Of a stretch of 64,000 nucleotides of DNA, positions 29,123-39,388 are shown piece by piece. How positions within the stretch are numbered: the stretch's first letter is position 1; the number at the start of each line of letters is the position of its first letter. Source of the DNA: Smithellaceae bacterium (GTDB lineage Bacteria; Desulfobacterota; Syntrophia; Syntrophales; Smithellaceae); the NCBI GenBank assembly GCA_963667845.2, contig CAXXVL010000002.1, forward strand, positions 1,696,001-1,760,000. Reading direction: 5' to 3'. Under the pieces are notes generated by a model. It saw only the letters and a program-made list of their open reading frames with translations, searched no databases and was not told the DNA's origin. Made by a program: the position numbers and the translations under genes.

Positions 29123-30520
29123 TTACGGCCTGTCCGGATCAAGGCCTCTGAGGTTGTCCGCCGTATTTTGACGTTCCATGGCAATTTTGGTGACCCGTTT
29201 GTCGAATTCGGGGTGCTTTCTTCTCAGCCGGTGAAAGCTATGCTGGGAAAGCTTGTAGACATCGCAGTAAGAAAGGGCCCGGACGGAGGCGTTGCGCTTT
29301 TCATTCTGAAGAAGCGCGGCTTCGCCGAAGGGCGAGCCCTCGGCCAGCACGGCGATGCGCTTTTCGTTCGCGATCACTTCCACGCTTCCCGTGCTGAGAA
29401 AATACATGCAATCGCCCAGTTCCCCCTGCCGGATCACGAAATCGCCCGGCAGAAAAACAAGCGGCTCCAGTTCCTCGATGACTTCGTGAATGAAAACGTC
29501 GTCCGCATTTTTGAAGAGCGATACTTTTTCGATGATGCCCCGGTTGAGATACAATGAAATCTCGAGCCTCAGCGTCCTGGGAAGCGTCGTCATGAAATCG
29601 ACATCGGTAATTCCTTTGCGCGTTTCCCACAGGTAGTTGTAATAATTCCGGACACGGTCGCGGATGGGCGCGGGAATATGCTTGGTCCGCATATAATTGC
29701 CGACTTCTTCCATCTTGGTCCGGAAGTCCGCCCGTGCCGTGTCGATGTTGACAATCAGCGTGGCCACGTTGCCGATGATGTAGCCGAACATGCCGACGCC
29801 GATGATCTGGACGATGATCGTGTAAATGATCTGGAGGTTGCTGTCATGACTGGGTCCGTAGTCGCCGTAGCCGATCGTGGCGATGGTGGTGATGCACCAG
29901 TACAGAGCACGGATGTACTGATCCCCGAATGAGCGCGCCGCTTCGCTGGCTCCGATGGCGATCCAGCCCAGGGATATGAAATGCGCGATCAGCGCAAACC
30001 AGAAGAAGAACACGATCAGGCGCAGGAGTGCGGGCGGGATACTGACGAATTCCGTGAGTGCGTTGAACGTTGTGGAAATCTTGATCAGCTTCAGCAGTCT
30101 GAGCAGCCGAAAGAGGATCAGGACCTGATAGACCAGTGTCCCCGACGCGTCCTGGCACGCGAACAAAGCGAACGCAGGAGCAAGGGGAAGCGTCGCGAGA
30201 AGGTCCGGGAAAAACCAGGTGCGGAGATAATGTCTTGCCACCGATTTCCGGTCCGCGAGGACGTTCAGTCCGGTTTTTACCTGGGTACTGAAAATGACGA
30301 TGATGTCGAGGCAGAAAAGGATGGTAATCAGCCAGTAAAGCAAATCCGCGGGGTCCTGTCCGGACACCATCCGGTACGGGATGATGAGACCGGAGGCGAA
30401 GACGGCGACGACCATCACAAAATCCCAGCCGATCTTTATCTTGCTGTTATAGGGAATCAACGGAATCTTCACAACGCGGGACTCCTCGAAGGAGATTGCG
30501 ATACCGGCAAACGGTATCAA
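29123..30520 (-). CDS. Cyclic nucleotide-gated potassium channel (SthK-like)
   Basis: S4 FRLLRLLKL, filter TIGYGD, CNBD FGEAALL..RNASV; start uncertain. Confidence 0.92.
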   Translation of the reverse strand: MIPFAGIAISFEESRVVKIPLIPYNSKIKIGWDFVMVVAVFASGLIIPYRMVSGQDPADLLYWLITILFCLDIIVIFSTQVKTGLNVLADRKSVARHYLRTWFFPDLLATLPLAPAFALFACQDASGTLVYQVLILFRLLRLLKLIKISTTFNALTEFVSIPPALLRLIVFFFWFALIAHFISLGWIAIGASEAARSFGDQYIRALYWCITTIATIGYGDYGPSHDSNLQIIYTIIVQIIGVGMFGYIIGNVATLIVNIDTARADFRTKMEEVGNYMRTKHIPAPIRDRVRNYYNYLWETRKGITDVDFMTTLPRTLRLEISLYLNRGIIEKVSLFKNADDVFIHEVIEELEPLVFLPGDFVIRQGELGDCMYFLSTGSVEVIANEKRIAVLAEGSPFGEAALLQNEKRNASVRALSYCDVYKLSQHSFHRLRRKHPEFDKRVTKIAMERQNTADNLRGLDPDRP

Positions 30521-30785
30521 AAGAGCACCCTGCTGTCAAAGGGGAATAGCGGCCAGGAGTTTCCAGGGGAAGACGGCAGGCGGCCCAAGTCAAAAGAAAG
30601 CTGAAGCGGGGATCCGGATGCCGTATCCGGCAATGGACTAAAAAAGTTAATTGCATCCATCGCTTAAACAAAAATGTATAAATTCCTTGATGTCACTGCC
30701 AAAATGATTTAAAGACCCTACGAACCGATTCATATGTATTAAACGTACGGCACGGCACGATGCGCAAATCAAGGGGAGGAGATAT

Positions 30786-31061
30786 ATGCCTGACTATAGA
30801 ATCAAGATAAGCGAGACGAAAGAAGAAGATCTGGACTATCATCATTACCTGGTAACGGCGAAAAATGAAGACGAGGCAAGAAAGTTCACGATGAGGTTTA
30901 TGGAGCGCTTCATCGATGACGATAATGATCCGGATATCATCGAAAACGGTTACACGTTCTACAATAAAGCGGTTGTTGTTAAACTGGAGTCCATCAAAGA
31001 GACGACTAAGGAACAGTTCAAGGATTTTCTGCTGAAGCTCCACACCATCAACATGACCTGA
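30786..31061 (+). CDS. Small acidic hypothetical protein
   Basis: Strong GGAGGAG RBS and protein-like composition. Confidence 0.75.
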   Translation: MPDYRIKISETKEEDLDYHHYLVTAKNEDEARKFTMRFMERFIDDDNDPDIIENGYTFYNKAVVVKLESIKETTKEQFKDFLLKLHTINMT

Positions 31062-31132
31062 TCCGGATGTCATAACCGGAGAAGCCGCGAGCAGCTGTCC
31101 AGAACGAAAAAGCCGGACGGGGGAGATACAGC

Positions 31133-31591
31133 ATGTCCGAAAAGATCACCGAAGCATTGCCCGGAAACGCGACAGAAGCGCAGGGCCTTTTAATTAAAGC
31201 CTTCCACGAAAAATGCGGCAGCGACGCTTTGCCTGCAATCGATGACATTCTCGGCCGCCAGGGGCGGGCGCTGGGTCTCAAAGCCGCAGGCAAGCTTGCG
31301 GACAAGAGGCTGTCGACTGTGGCCGCGGCCTTTGCCAAAAATTTCGATCCGGCAACCGTCGACGTTCCATGTTTATCCGATGAAAAATTTCAGATCGTGG
31401 GAACAAAATGCCCGTTCGGGTTGGAAAATACATCGCGCGAGCTCTGTGAAGCGGTGATGGCGATTGATCGCGAATATTTTGCTGCGGCGACGGACGGCAG
31501 GACCACGCTCACGATTTTGCAAACCAGAGCCGCGGGTGATCCGGTCTGCGACACCGTTTACACAGCCCCGGCGCCGGGCTCGGAAACGTGA
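31133..31591 (+). CDS. ATC-hydrolase/V4R-like small Cys protein
   Basis: KCPF, LC..., TRAAGDPVCD pattern. Confidence 0.7.
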   Translation: MSEKITEALPGNATEAQGLLIKAFHEKCGSDALPAIDDILGRQGRALGLKAAGKLADKRLSTVAAAFAKNFDPATVDVPCLSDEKFQIVGTKCPFGLENTSRELCEAVMAIDREYFAAATDGRTTLTILQTRAAGDPVCDTVYTAPAPGSET

Positions 31592-31680
31592 TTCCGGCGG
31601 GGTCATGGGCATGTTCCCGCTCCTGACCCATGGCTTGAGAGCACTGATGCAAACGAGACGTCAGGAGAAGCCCTTCCTTC

Positions 31681-32304
31681 CTAAATCCATTCCAGATATT
31701 TCAAAATGAGGTCGACGCTTTTATCGAGGCCCAGTCTGCCCGTATCGATCGCCAGGTGGTAACGTCGCGCGTCCGCCCACTCTCTGCCTGTGAAGGTGCG
31801 ATGATAGAGCGCTCTTTCCTTATCGCTTTGCTCAATCATTTTTCCGGCGGCTTCCTCCGATACATTGAACATCTTCTGCACACGGCTGATCCGGGAAGCC
31901 GTTTGATCGTGTATAAACAGGCTGACGTGATTCGGATGGTCGCGAAGAACATGCGAGCCGCTTCGTCCGATGATGACGGCCGAACACTCATTCGCGATTT
32001 GCCTGATGGCTTCCGTTTCCGCTTCAAATAACTCACGGCTGGTCGGCACGTTGTTTTTGGGCGGTATGTAAACGTCGGGTGCTCCAATGGAATAGGAGCG
32101 CAAAAGCGATTTCCAGAAGGAGCTCAGTCGTTCCTCGCGCGGGGCCAGGGCAGCTTCGCCGACCGAAAGCTTCTTTGCGGCTTCGCGGATGATTTCCCGG
32201 TCCGCATACAGGATGTTCAGTTTCTTCGCGAGCTGCTGTCCGATATACGCTCCTCCGGACCCCAGCTGACGGCTGATCGTGATGATGAAGGGTGACGTGG
32301 TCAT
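31681..32304 (-). CDS. Cytidylate kinase-like family protein
   Basis: ITISRQLGSGG, VIIGR, DKER..Y. Confidence 0.9.
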   Translation of the reverse strand: MTTSPFIITISRQLGSGGAYIGQQLAKKLNILYADREIIREAAKKLSVGEAALAPREERLSSFWKSLLRSYSIGAPDVYIPPKNNVPTSRELFEAETEAIRQIANECSAVIIGRSGSHVLRDHPNHVSLFIHDQTASRISRVQKMFNVSEEAAGKMIEQSDKERALYHRTFTGREWADARRYHLAIDTGRLGLDKSVDLILKYLEWI

Positions 32305-32327
32305 TCTTTATTCCTCCTGTGTTTCAT

Positions 32328-33542
32328 TTACTTCCAATCGCATGAAACAGGCTGGTCCGGCGTCGCCGGGGCCGACACTCTTTTCCCGAGCAAAAAATGA
32401 TACAGAACAATGGCCGCCAGAATTAAAGCAATCATGGCCAGGAATGACCCCCGGTATCCGGTAAACGGAATCAGAGATCCCAGCAGATAGGGCCCGGCGC
32501 CGAACCCGAGATCGACGAAAATAAAAAAAGTCGATGTTGCCAATCCCAGTCTGTTTGCGGGGATCCCTTTGATGGACATCGCCTGCGCGCAGGAGATGAA
32601 GTTGCCGTATCCCAGACCGATGATGGCGCCGGCGGCAAGCAGTGTGATTCCCTGACTGGCCTGACTGAATAACAGCATACCCACGCAATAAATAAAAAAG
32701 CAAGGATACATGACAATATTGGGTCCGCGGACGTCCAGCAGGCGCCCCGAAAAAGGTCTGGAGACCAGGACCGCCACGGAATATACAAGGAAGTAGAAGC
32801 TCGCCGCTTTTTCCAGGTGGAGATCCACCGCATATAAAGACATGAACGCCAGCACGACCGAATAGCTGAGTCCGATCGTCAAGGCCACAAGCGATATGGG
32901 CATTGCCTTCAGTTCCAGATATCTCGAAATCTGAAATTGTTCCTGGGCTTCGGGCCGAACCGGCTCGGGCTTTGGGTCGGTCCGATCGGTCACCCAAAAA
33001 GACAGGATAAAACTGACAAAGGCAAATATCGAAACGACAACGAAAATCATCAGTGAATGCAGATAATGAAGCGAAAGAATGCCCAGAAAAGGCCCCAGCG
33101 CCACCCCCAGGATCGCCCCCAGGCTGTAATAACCGATGCCTTCGCCGCGCCGGTTGTCCGGAATAATCTGGGCGACGATCGTTCCTGTTGCGGTGCTGGC
33201 CACCCCGTAAGCGATGCCGTTAAAAAGTCTGACGATGATCAAAAGGGTCAAATTGACCGCGGCAAAATAGAGCAGGGAAGTGATGATAAAAAGGATGGTT
33301 CCGATCAGTAAGATCTTCTTGCTGCTGGTGATTTCCGTCAGGCGCCCCGCCCCCAGACGCCCGATCAGAGCCCCGATGATAAAAATCCCCGCCACGAGTC
33401 CGGCAAGACTCGCGGACGCCTGAAATTTATCTACGGCATATGCGGCGATCGTAACCAGCAATAAGAAATGGATTAAAAATACCAGAAAATTGATTACGGA
33501 CACCGTTACAAAATCTTTTGTCCATAATTTTTCCGTGTCCAT
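32328..33542 (-). CDS. MFS transporter
   Basis: About 12 TM segments; RRGEGIGYY. Confidence 0.92.
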   Translation of the reverse strand: MDTEKLWTKDFVTVSVINFLVFLIHFLLLVTIAAYAVDKFQASASLAGLVAGIFIIGALIGRLGAGRLTEITSSKKILLIGTILFIITSLLYFAAVNLTLLIIVRLFNGIAYGVASTATGTIVAQIIPDNRRGEGIGYYSLGAILGVALGPFLGILSLHYLHSLMIFVVVSIFAFVSFILSFWVTDRTDPKPEPVRPEAQEQFQISRYLELKAMPISLVALTIGLSYSVVLAFMSLYAVDLHLEKAASFYFLVYSVAVLVSRPFSGRLLDVRGPNIVMYPCFFIYCVGMLLFSQASQGITLLAAGAIIGLGYGNFISCAQAMSIKGIPANRLGLATSTFFIFVDLGFGAGPYLLGSLIPFTGYRGSFLAMIALILAAIVLYHFLLGKRVSAPATPDQPVSCDWK

Positions 33543-33579
33543 GTGATATGCCTTCTAAAAGTCCCGAATTTATTTCCAA

Positions 33580-33716
33580 CAGGCTGTTGAAAAAGGCTCA
33601 TATCCCGCGTTGCGCTTCGGCTCTCGCATGCTCACGTACGTTTGAGTACGCTCCGCTGCTCGATCCTCACGACGCCTTGTCTCTAAGCCTTTTGTTTCGC
33701 CTTCGGCTCAACCGGC
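33580..33716. mobile_element. Degenerate MITE-like element with GGCTGTTGAAAAAG end
   Basis: Left end AGGCTGTTGAAAAAGGCT; right end AGCCTTTT..TCAAC appears interrupted; internal palindrome CGTAC..GTACG. Confidence 0.5.
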
Positions 33717-33881
33717 AGGGAAGCGGCTCTAGACATGATGCGCCTCCCTGCGGGAGCGCGCCCCCGGGGGAACACCCTGCTAAATGAAACAAGAATAGAA
33801 AAGTCAGATCTCCCGGCGGTACATGTTTAACAAAAGCCACTGGGAAATATGCATTATCTAGTGCCCACCTGGAAAATAAGT

Positions 33882-33996
33882 TGTCATTTCGACGCGTGCC
33901 CTCGAGTGACCTTCAGGTCATCAGGGTAAGAAACGAAGTGACTGAGAAATCTATAAAAAATTATTGAAAAGATTTCTCTCTACGGTCGAAATGACA
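33882..33996. repeat. Palindromic element TGTCATTTCGAC...GTCGAAATGACA
   Basis: Perfect 12 bp terminal IR with inner IR GAGAAATCT/AGATTTCTC. Confidence 0.75.
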
Positions 33997-34057
33997 GAAT
34001 ACTGGTGCCGGCGGCCCAGATTTTGGGGCCGCCAGCATTACAATACAGTATGAAGAT

Positions 34058-35275
34058 TTAGCGCTGCAAGTTCTCGATGACCGTCGCCACGCCCAGACCG
34101 CCGCCGCAGCACGAGCTGAAACAGCCGTACCGGCCGCTTCTGCGGATGAGCTCCTTCATGGTGAAAATGCAAAGACGGGCGCCGGATGCCCCATTGGGAT
34201 GGCCGAAGGCGATTGCGCCGCCGTTGGGGTTCCACTTATCGCTGAAACAATCCACTTTATCGCCGGTCTGCTTTTCCAGTTCCTTGGCCACCGCCAGATT
34301 CTGAACCGCAAAGGCTTCGTTGCATTCGATCACGTCCATCTCGGAGAGCTTCGTGCCCGCGCGCTTGAGCGCGATCGGCACCGCATAAGCCGGGCCGATG
34401 CCCATGATCTTGGGATCCACGCCGTAGTCACCGCCGGCAACCCAGCGGGCCATCGGTTTGTAACCCAGCTCTTCGGCTTTTTCCCGGGTCATCATGAGCA
34501 CAAATGCGGCCCCGTCATTGCGCCCGGAAGAATTACCCGCCGTCACCGTGCCGTCTTTGATAAACGCGGGGGGCAGGGCCGAGAGCGCTTCCATCGAGGT
34601 TGCCCGCGGATGCTCGTCCACTTTGAACTCAAGCGGCGGATTCTTCTTGCCCTGAGGAACCAGGACGGGAATAATTTCCTCAACGAAATAACCGGCCTCG
34701 ATGGCCTTCTTGGCCAGCACCTGACTGCGCAGACCGAATTCATCCTGGGTCTTGCGGGAAACGTTGTACATTTTCTGCAGGGCTTCCGCCGTAAGTCCCA
34801 TATTCCGCGTTGCCGGATCCAGGGTGGGGGAAAGCGACGTCTGGATGGGCAGCGGGGGAATCATTTTAAAAGGTTCGGTGGCCATGGAAAATCTGGCCGT
34901 TGCCTGGCTGTAGGACTCCGCGCCGCCGGCAATCATGATGTCGGCATGGCCGGCCAGGATTCTGTAGGCTGCGTGGTTGATCGAATCAATCGCCGAACCG
35001 CACTGCATCTCTACGTATGATGCGGACGTGCTTTCGGGAAGGCCGCTCGCGAGTGTCACCCAGCGGGCCGGATTGATCGCGGACGTAGCGCCCAGGGCCG
35101 AGCCCATATAAACCGCCTCAACGACGCCGCCCTTTTCCAGAATTTTCGATTTTTCGACGAGCCCTTTCAGGCCCAGACCACCTAACTGCTCCATTGTAAA
35201 ATTCCGCAGCGTTTTTCCCATTGTACCGAAAGCCGTGCGGGCTCCGTCGACAAATACAACTTCTTTCTTGCTCAT
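34058..35275 (-). CDS. Thiolase family protein
   Basis: MQCGS, NEAFA, GHPNGASG, CCGGGLG. Confidence 0.95.
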   Translation of the reverse strand: MSKKEVVFVDGARTAFGTMGKTLRNFTMEQLGGLGLKGLVEKSKILEKGGVVEAVYMGSALGATSAINPARWVTLASGLPESTSASYVEMQCGSAIDSINHAAYRILAGHADIMIAGGAESYSQATARFSMATEPFKMIPPLPIQTSLSPTLDPATRNMGLTAEALQKMYNVSRKTQDEFGLRSQVLAKKAIEAGYFVEEIIPVLVPQGKKNPPLEFKVDEHPRATSMEALSALPPAFIKDGTVTAGNSSGRNDGAAFVLMMTREKAEELGYKPMARWVAGGDYGVDPKIMGIGPAYAVPIALKRAGTKLSEMDVIECNEAFAVQNLAVAKELEKQTGDKVDCFSDKWNPNGGAIAFGHPNGASGARLCIFTMKELIRRSGRYGCFSSCCGGGLGVATVIENLQR

Positions 35276-35459
35276 GTTTCATCTCCTATATATGAATTTT
35301 TTTTGATCACTTTTTTAAGCGGCTTCCCCCTGGCATTCTAAGGTCCCTGCAACTTTGTTTCATGCCCGTTTCAGGCGTAGCATTTTTTTTAGTTTTGTAA
35401 AATATTAATAATTATTTCCGGAAATGCAAGATGATTCCAACTTGGAAAGGAAAATTTTC

Positions 35460-35488
35460 TTGACACCCGGAACCCCGGGATGTACTTT
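35460..35488 (+). promoter_or_regulatory. Sigma-70 promoter of the selenoprotein operon
   Basis: TTGACA-N17-TACTTT with extended TG. Confidence 0.6.
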
Positions 35489-35545
35489 GAAATCACAGTT
35501 AACCGGTTTTTTCGGCGGTCGAAGAAACAGGTTGATAGGAACATT

Positions 35546-36805
35546 ATGTTTAAAAGTACTCTTGCAGTTTTCGTTGTCTTCGCAATTTTCTTATTCTCCG
35601 GGGTAACTTCACCAAACTGCTGTGCTGCAGACACCTGCCTTGCGTGTCACGGCAACGCAGATCAATTGAAGTCGATGATCAACGATGAAGACTTCAACAA
35701 ACCCCCGGGCGGGGAAGGCTATGGGTGAGCCGGACCTCCTCCGCGGGTTACGGAGGCCTATAAAGGATTTTTGGTTACACAGGAAAGTCTGACCAAAGAT
35801 ATTCATTTGAAGAGAAGCTGCCGGGAATGCCATAAGGGAAACGCCGAAGCCGCAAAAAAGTCAGATGCCCACCAGGGTTTGATCGCGAAGCCGTCCGAAA
35901 ACATCGATACCTGTGCGACCTGCCATAAAGACATCAGCAGCCATTATAAAAAATCTCTCCATTATACGACAGCCGGTCTGCGCAAAGGCATCCATAAGCG
36001 CTTTTCCGCAGCGCAGGCCCAACAGTTTGACGCAAAAGTGTTTGAACAGTCCTGCCGGTCATGCCATGCCACCTGTGGAGACTGCCATGTGAATACGCCG
36101 ACCATTTCCGGCGTCAATCAGGGCCTCTTCGCCAATCATCGTTTCCAGAAAAAAAATGAAGACAAGACCTGCGCCGCCTGTCACGGCGGACGGGTTTACG
36201 CGGAGTTTACAGGAAGAGACAGCGGGGTCAGAGATATACACTTTGAAAAGGGGATGAAATGCCTTGATTGTCACAAGGCGCAGGAGCTTCACGGAAACGG
36301 CACGGAAGCGGACAGCAAAGCCAACGTGCAGGGGAAACAGTCCTGCACGGACTGTCATAAACTGGATGCTTCCGCCCCCAGCGGCAAAGTCCATGCGCAG
36401 CACGCGGCGAAAACCAGCTGCCATGCGTGCCATGTCGCAAGCGCTTACAATCAATGCTCATCCTGCCATATCGGCAAAGGGGCCTCGTCATCCCAGGCTT
36501 TTCTTCTCGGCAGGGATCCTCAAAATAAAGACCGTCTGGTGACCCTGCGACTGACGCCCGCCGTCAGAGACACTTTCGCCTCTGCGGGGATTTTTATGGA
36601 TAACTTTGATCGGAGCGCCAATTTCTGGGCGGCGCCGATCCACAACATCCGCAAGAAAACGGCGAGGACAAGGACCTGCGGGCCATGCCATACGGCCGAT
36701 AAAGAAGGCTTCCTTACCGCAGAGTCGTTGCCGAAAGACGGTTCCAAGCAAAACAGTGCTTTGATCTATGATCAAAAAGCGTTCAGAGTTTATAAGAAGC
36801 AGTAA
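35546..36805 (+). CDS. Exported 11-heme cytochrome c with probable selenocysteine (U61, TGA 35726-35728)
   Basis: Two track ORFs are in the same frame across one TGA (GEGYG-U-AGPPP); signal peptide; 1+10 CxxCH motifs; hairpin 3' of TGA. Confidence 0.85.
35729..35758 (+). promoter_or_regulatory. SECIS-like hairpin
   Basis: CCTCCG-(CGGGTTA)-CGGAGG starting 10 nt after TGA. Confidence 0.7.
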
Positions 36806-36830
36806 CAATAAAGAATGAAGGAGGAAAATC

Positions 36831-38552
36831 ATGTTAAGGTTTTTGAAGACCTGTTTCCCCGTGGTCCTTGCGGGTTGCCTGCTGTTTGCGGCGCCGGTGA
36901 TGGCCCATGGAATCAAGGGAAATCTTGTGAGCATCGATTGGCTTGAGAAAAATCTAAAAAAGCCCGATGTTCTGGTGCTGGACGCGTCAGTCACGCAACA
37001 GTACACGGCAAAACACATTCCGGACGCGGTCAGCGTGTCATTTACCCAGGAAGAGAGCAAGTCGCAGGGTGTGAACCTGTCTTACGGCGGTGGTGTGGAT
37101 TACTTCACCGACACGGAAAATTGCCCCTATGCTTTTCAGGAGATGCCCGTCAATGAAATGACCAAACTCTACCAGTCCTGGGGGATAAGTCCGAACAAAA
37201 AGATTGTCATTTATGACCAGGGCGGACAATTTCTGGCCACCAGGCTTTTCTTCTCGCTGTACTATCATGGCTTCCCGACCAAGAATCTTTACATCCTGGA
37301 CGGCGGCCTTTCCAAATGGCAGGAAGAGGGATTACCGGTAACCAAAGAAGTGACCCCCGCGCCTAAAAAAGGGACTTTCAAAATTACGAAAGTCAACGAA
37401 AACATCAAAGTGCAACTGCCGGAGTTTCTGGCGGCCAGCGGTGATCGAGTTAACAACGTCCTGGTGGAAGGGCTTCCCGCCGTCTGGCATTTCGGGGAGG
37501 CGCTGAACTATGACAGACCCGGTCACATTCCTTTTGCGATCATGCTGTCGTTCACCGATTTCTTCAATCCGGATAAAACATACAAGTCGCGCGAAGAAAT
37601 TCAAAGGATGCTCACGTATCTGGGGATCAGGCCGGAACAGCGTGTGTATACGCATTGAGGGGGCGGAATAGGCGGCAGTGTGCCGTTCTTCGCCCTGAAG
37701 TTCATTGTCGATTACCCGAAAGTTAAACATTTTACCGACTCTCAACTCGGATGGCTCTACGATGAAAGAGAGCTTCCGTTCTGGACGTATGACGCCCCGT
37801 ACCTGATGCGAGGCACAAGCTGGCTGCAATGGTGGGGTGGTCAGAGGACCAGAAGCCTCGGCAGTATCCACGTCAGCATTTTGGATGTGCGTTCCGCCGA
37901 TGCCTATAAACAGGGGCATGTGCCCTTTGCGTTGAACATCCCTGTGGACGTGTTTAAGGATAACGTCAAAAACGCCGGAGCATTGGCCAGGATTTTGGGG
38001 CCTGCCGGCGTCAACGCCGCTGATGAAGCGGTTGTCATTTCCGGCGCGGGCATCACGAAAGACTCTGCCCTCGCATTTTTGCTCCTGGAGAAGCTGGGGC
38101 AGAATAAAGTTTCTGTTTTCATGGATTCCATGGAAAAATGGGCGGAGCGCGGTTTCCCGCTGAAAAAAGACGCGACCGTGGTCGGACCTAAAAAAGTCCG
38201 GCATGATCTGTCCATTCCGCCCACTGAATACCCGGCCAAGTTCCGCAAGGACATCATCATTACCGATCCGAAGAGCACAAAAGGACTTTACCCCAAAGTC
38301 TTTATCGCTTCAGGCAAGGATGTCCCCGGGAAAGCTGTGGAGGGCAAAGTTGTTCATGTTCCCTACACGGAGCTCTTAAATGCGGATGGCAGTCCGAAAA
38401 TGGCAAAGGATACCTGGAATATTCTGGCCAAAGCCGGTGTCCCGAGATACGCGGAACTCGTTTGCTTCTCGGATGATCCCGGAGAGGCGGCGGTAAACTA
38501 TTTTATTCTTAAACTCATGGGCTACCCTGATATAAAGGTGTTGGTCTTCTAA
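36831..38552 (+). CDS. Exported four-domain rhodanese/sulfurtransferase with probable catalytic selenocysteine (U276, TGA 37656-37658)
   Basis: In-frame join VYTH-U-GGGIGGS at the rhodanese active-site loop; signal peptide; HIP/GHIP/GHVP motifs. Confidence 0.9.
37661..37695 (+). promoter_or_regulatory. SECIS-like hairpin
   Basis: GGGCGGA-ATA-GGCGGCA-(GTG)-TGCCGTT-C-TTCGCCC two-part stem immediately 3' of TGA. Confidence 0.75.
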
Positions 38553-38572
38553 TCGCCCGTTCACTGTTTGGG

Positions 38573-38607
38573 AAGAGGGGTTCTTCAAAAGAGAACCCCT
38601 CTTTTTT
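38573..38607 (+). terminator. Rho-independent terminator
   Basis: AAGAGGGGTTCT/AGAACCCCTCTT plus T-run. Confidence 0.85.
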
Positions 38608-38715
38608 CATCAGGCGGTGAAGTTCCGCAATGGCCGTAATGCTTCAAAATATTAGGGCCAGGTCTTGAAAAATGAGTTTTCAGCCTCCGGGCGAATGTAG
38701 GGAACATTATAGGAT

Positions 38716-39308
38716 CTAAGGTAATTCTTTAGCAACTTTGGCGATGAGTATTCCCATTGCTATAAGAGCGGCAATGGATAGGGGTATTTTCCATTGTTGT
38801 CCGGCCATCTTATAGAAGGCAAATATGATCGCAAGACATAGAAGGCCCTTTATGCCTGTGGTCAGCGTTAGGCCGTAGATCAAAGTAATGGCTGCATATG
38901 CGAGCAAAGACAAAAGTGTGATTAGCCCAGCCAGGTGAGCTATGAAAGGGTATATCCCCAGTGTACGTTTATCGAAAGCAAATATCCAGAAGGCTAATGC
39001 CGCTGCTGCAATCGACCACTCTTGAAGTCGCTCCGGTTTTACAACCCATGTCTCCTGATGCATAAAGGAAGCCGTCAGGAGTATAAGTGCAACAAGAATA
39101 GCACCAAGACTGAGAATGAATTTATGAACTCCGTAGGCGCCGAGCACGCCGATTGCCATTAAGAGAACCAACACAATCCATCCGAGAATAAGTTCAATGC
39201 TGATCCTAAGATAAAGGTTGCTGCGAGGGCTATGAGAAGGAAAAAGATCGCCTGGCCCCATGCCAGTTTTATGATGAATTGTCTGGATGATTTGTCATCG
39301 TTCATCAT
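38716..39308 (-). pseudogene. Integron cassette 6: membrane protein, apparently frameshifted near 39205
   Basis: ATG at 39308 next to attC gives a TM-like N-terminus in a different frame from the hydrophobic ORF ending at 38716. Confidence 0.55.
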
Positions 39309-39328
39309 GTTTCGTCCAATTTAGTCCC

Positions 39329-39385
39329 GCCCAACGGAAAGCTGCCCCGGATCGGACCCTGCGGCTGTGAGCGGCTTTGTTGATC
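39329..39385 (-). mobile_element. attC site
   Basis: GATCAAC...GTTGGGC on the minus strand, imperfect palindrome, 57 bp. Confidence 0.75.
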
Positions 39386-39388
39386 TCG

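Noticed and set aside
35480..38552. Four separate genes or two nonsense pseudogenes
   Set aside because: Two independent TGAs, both in frame and both followed by hairpins, one at the catalytic site, are better explained by Sec recoding
38652..38680. TAGGGCCAGGTCTTGAA motif at the array boundary as a mobile-element end
   Set aside because: Single copy with no partner end in the window; not supportable
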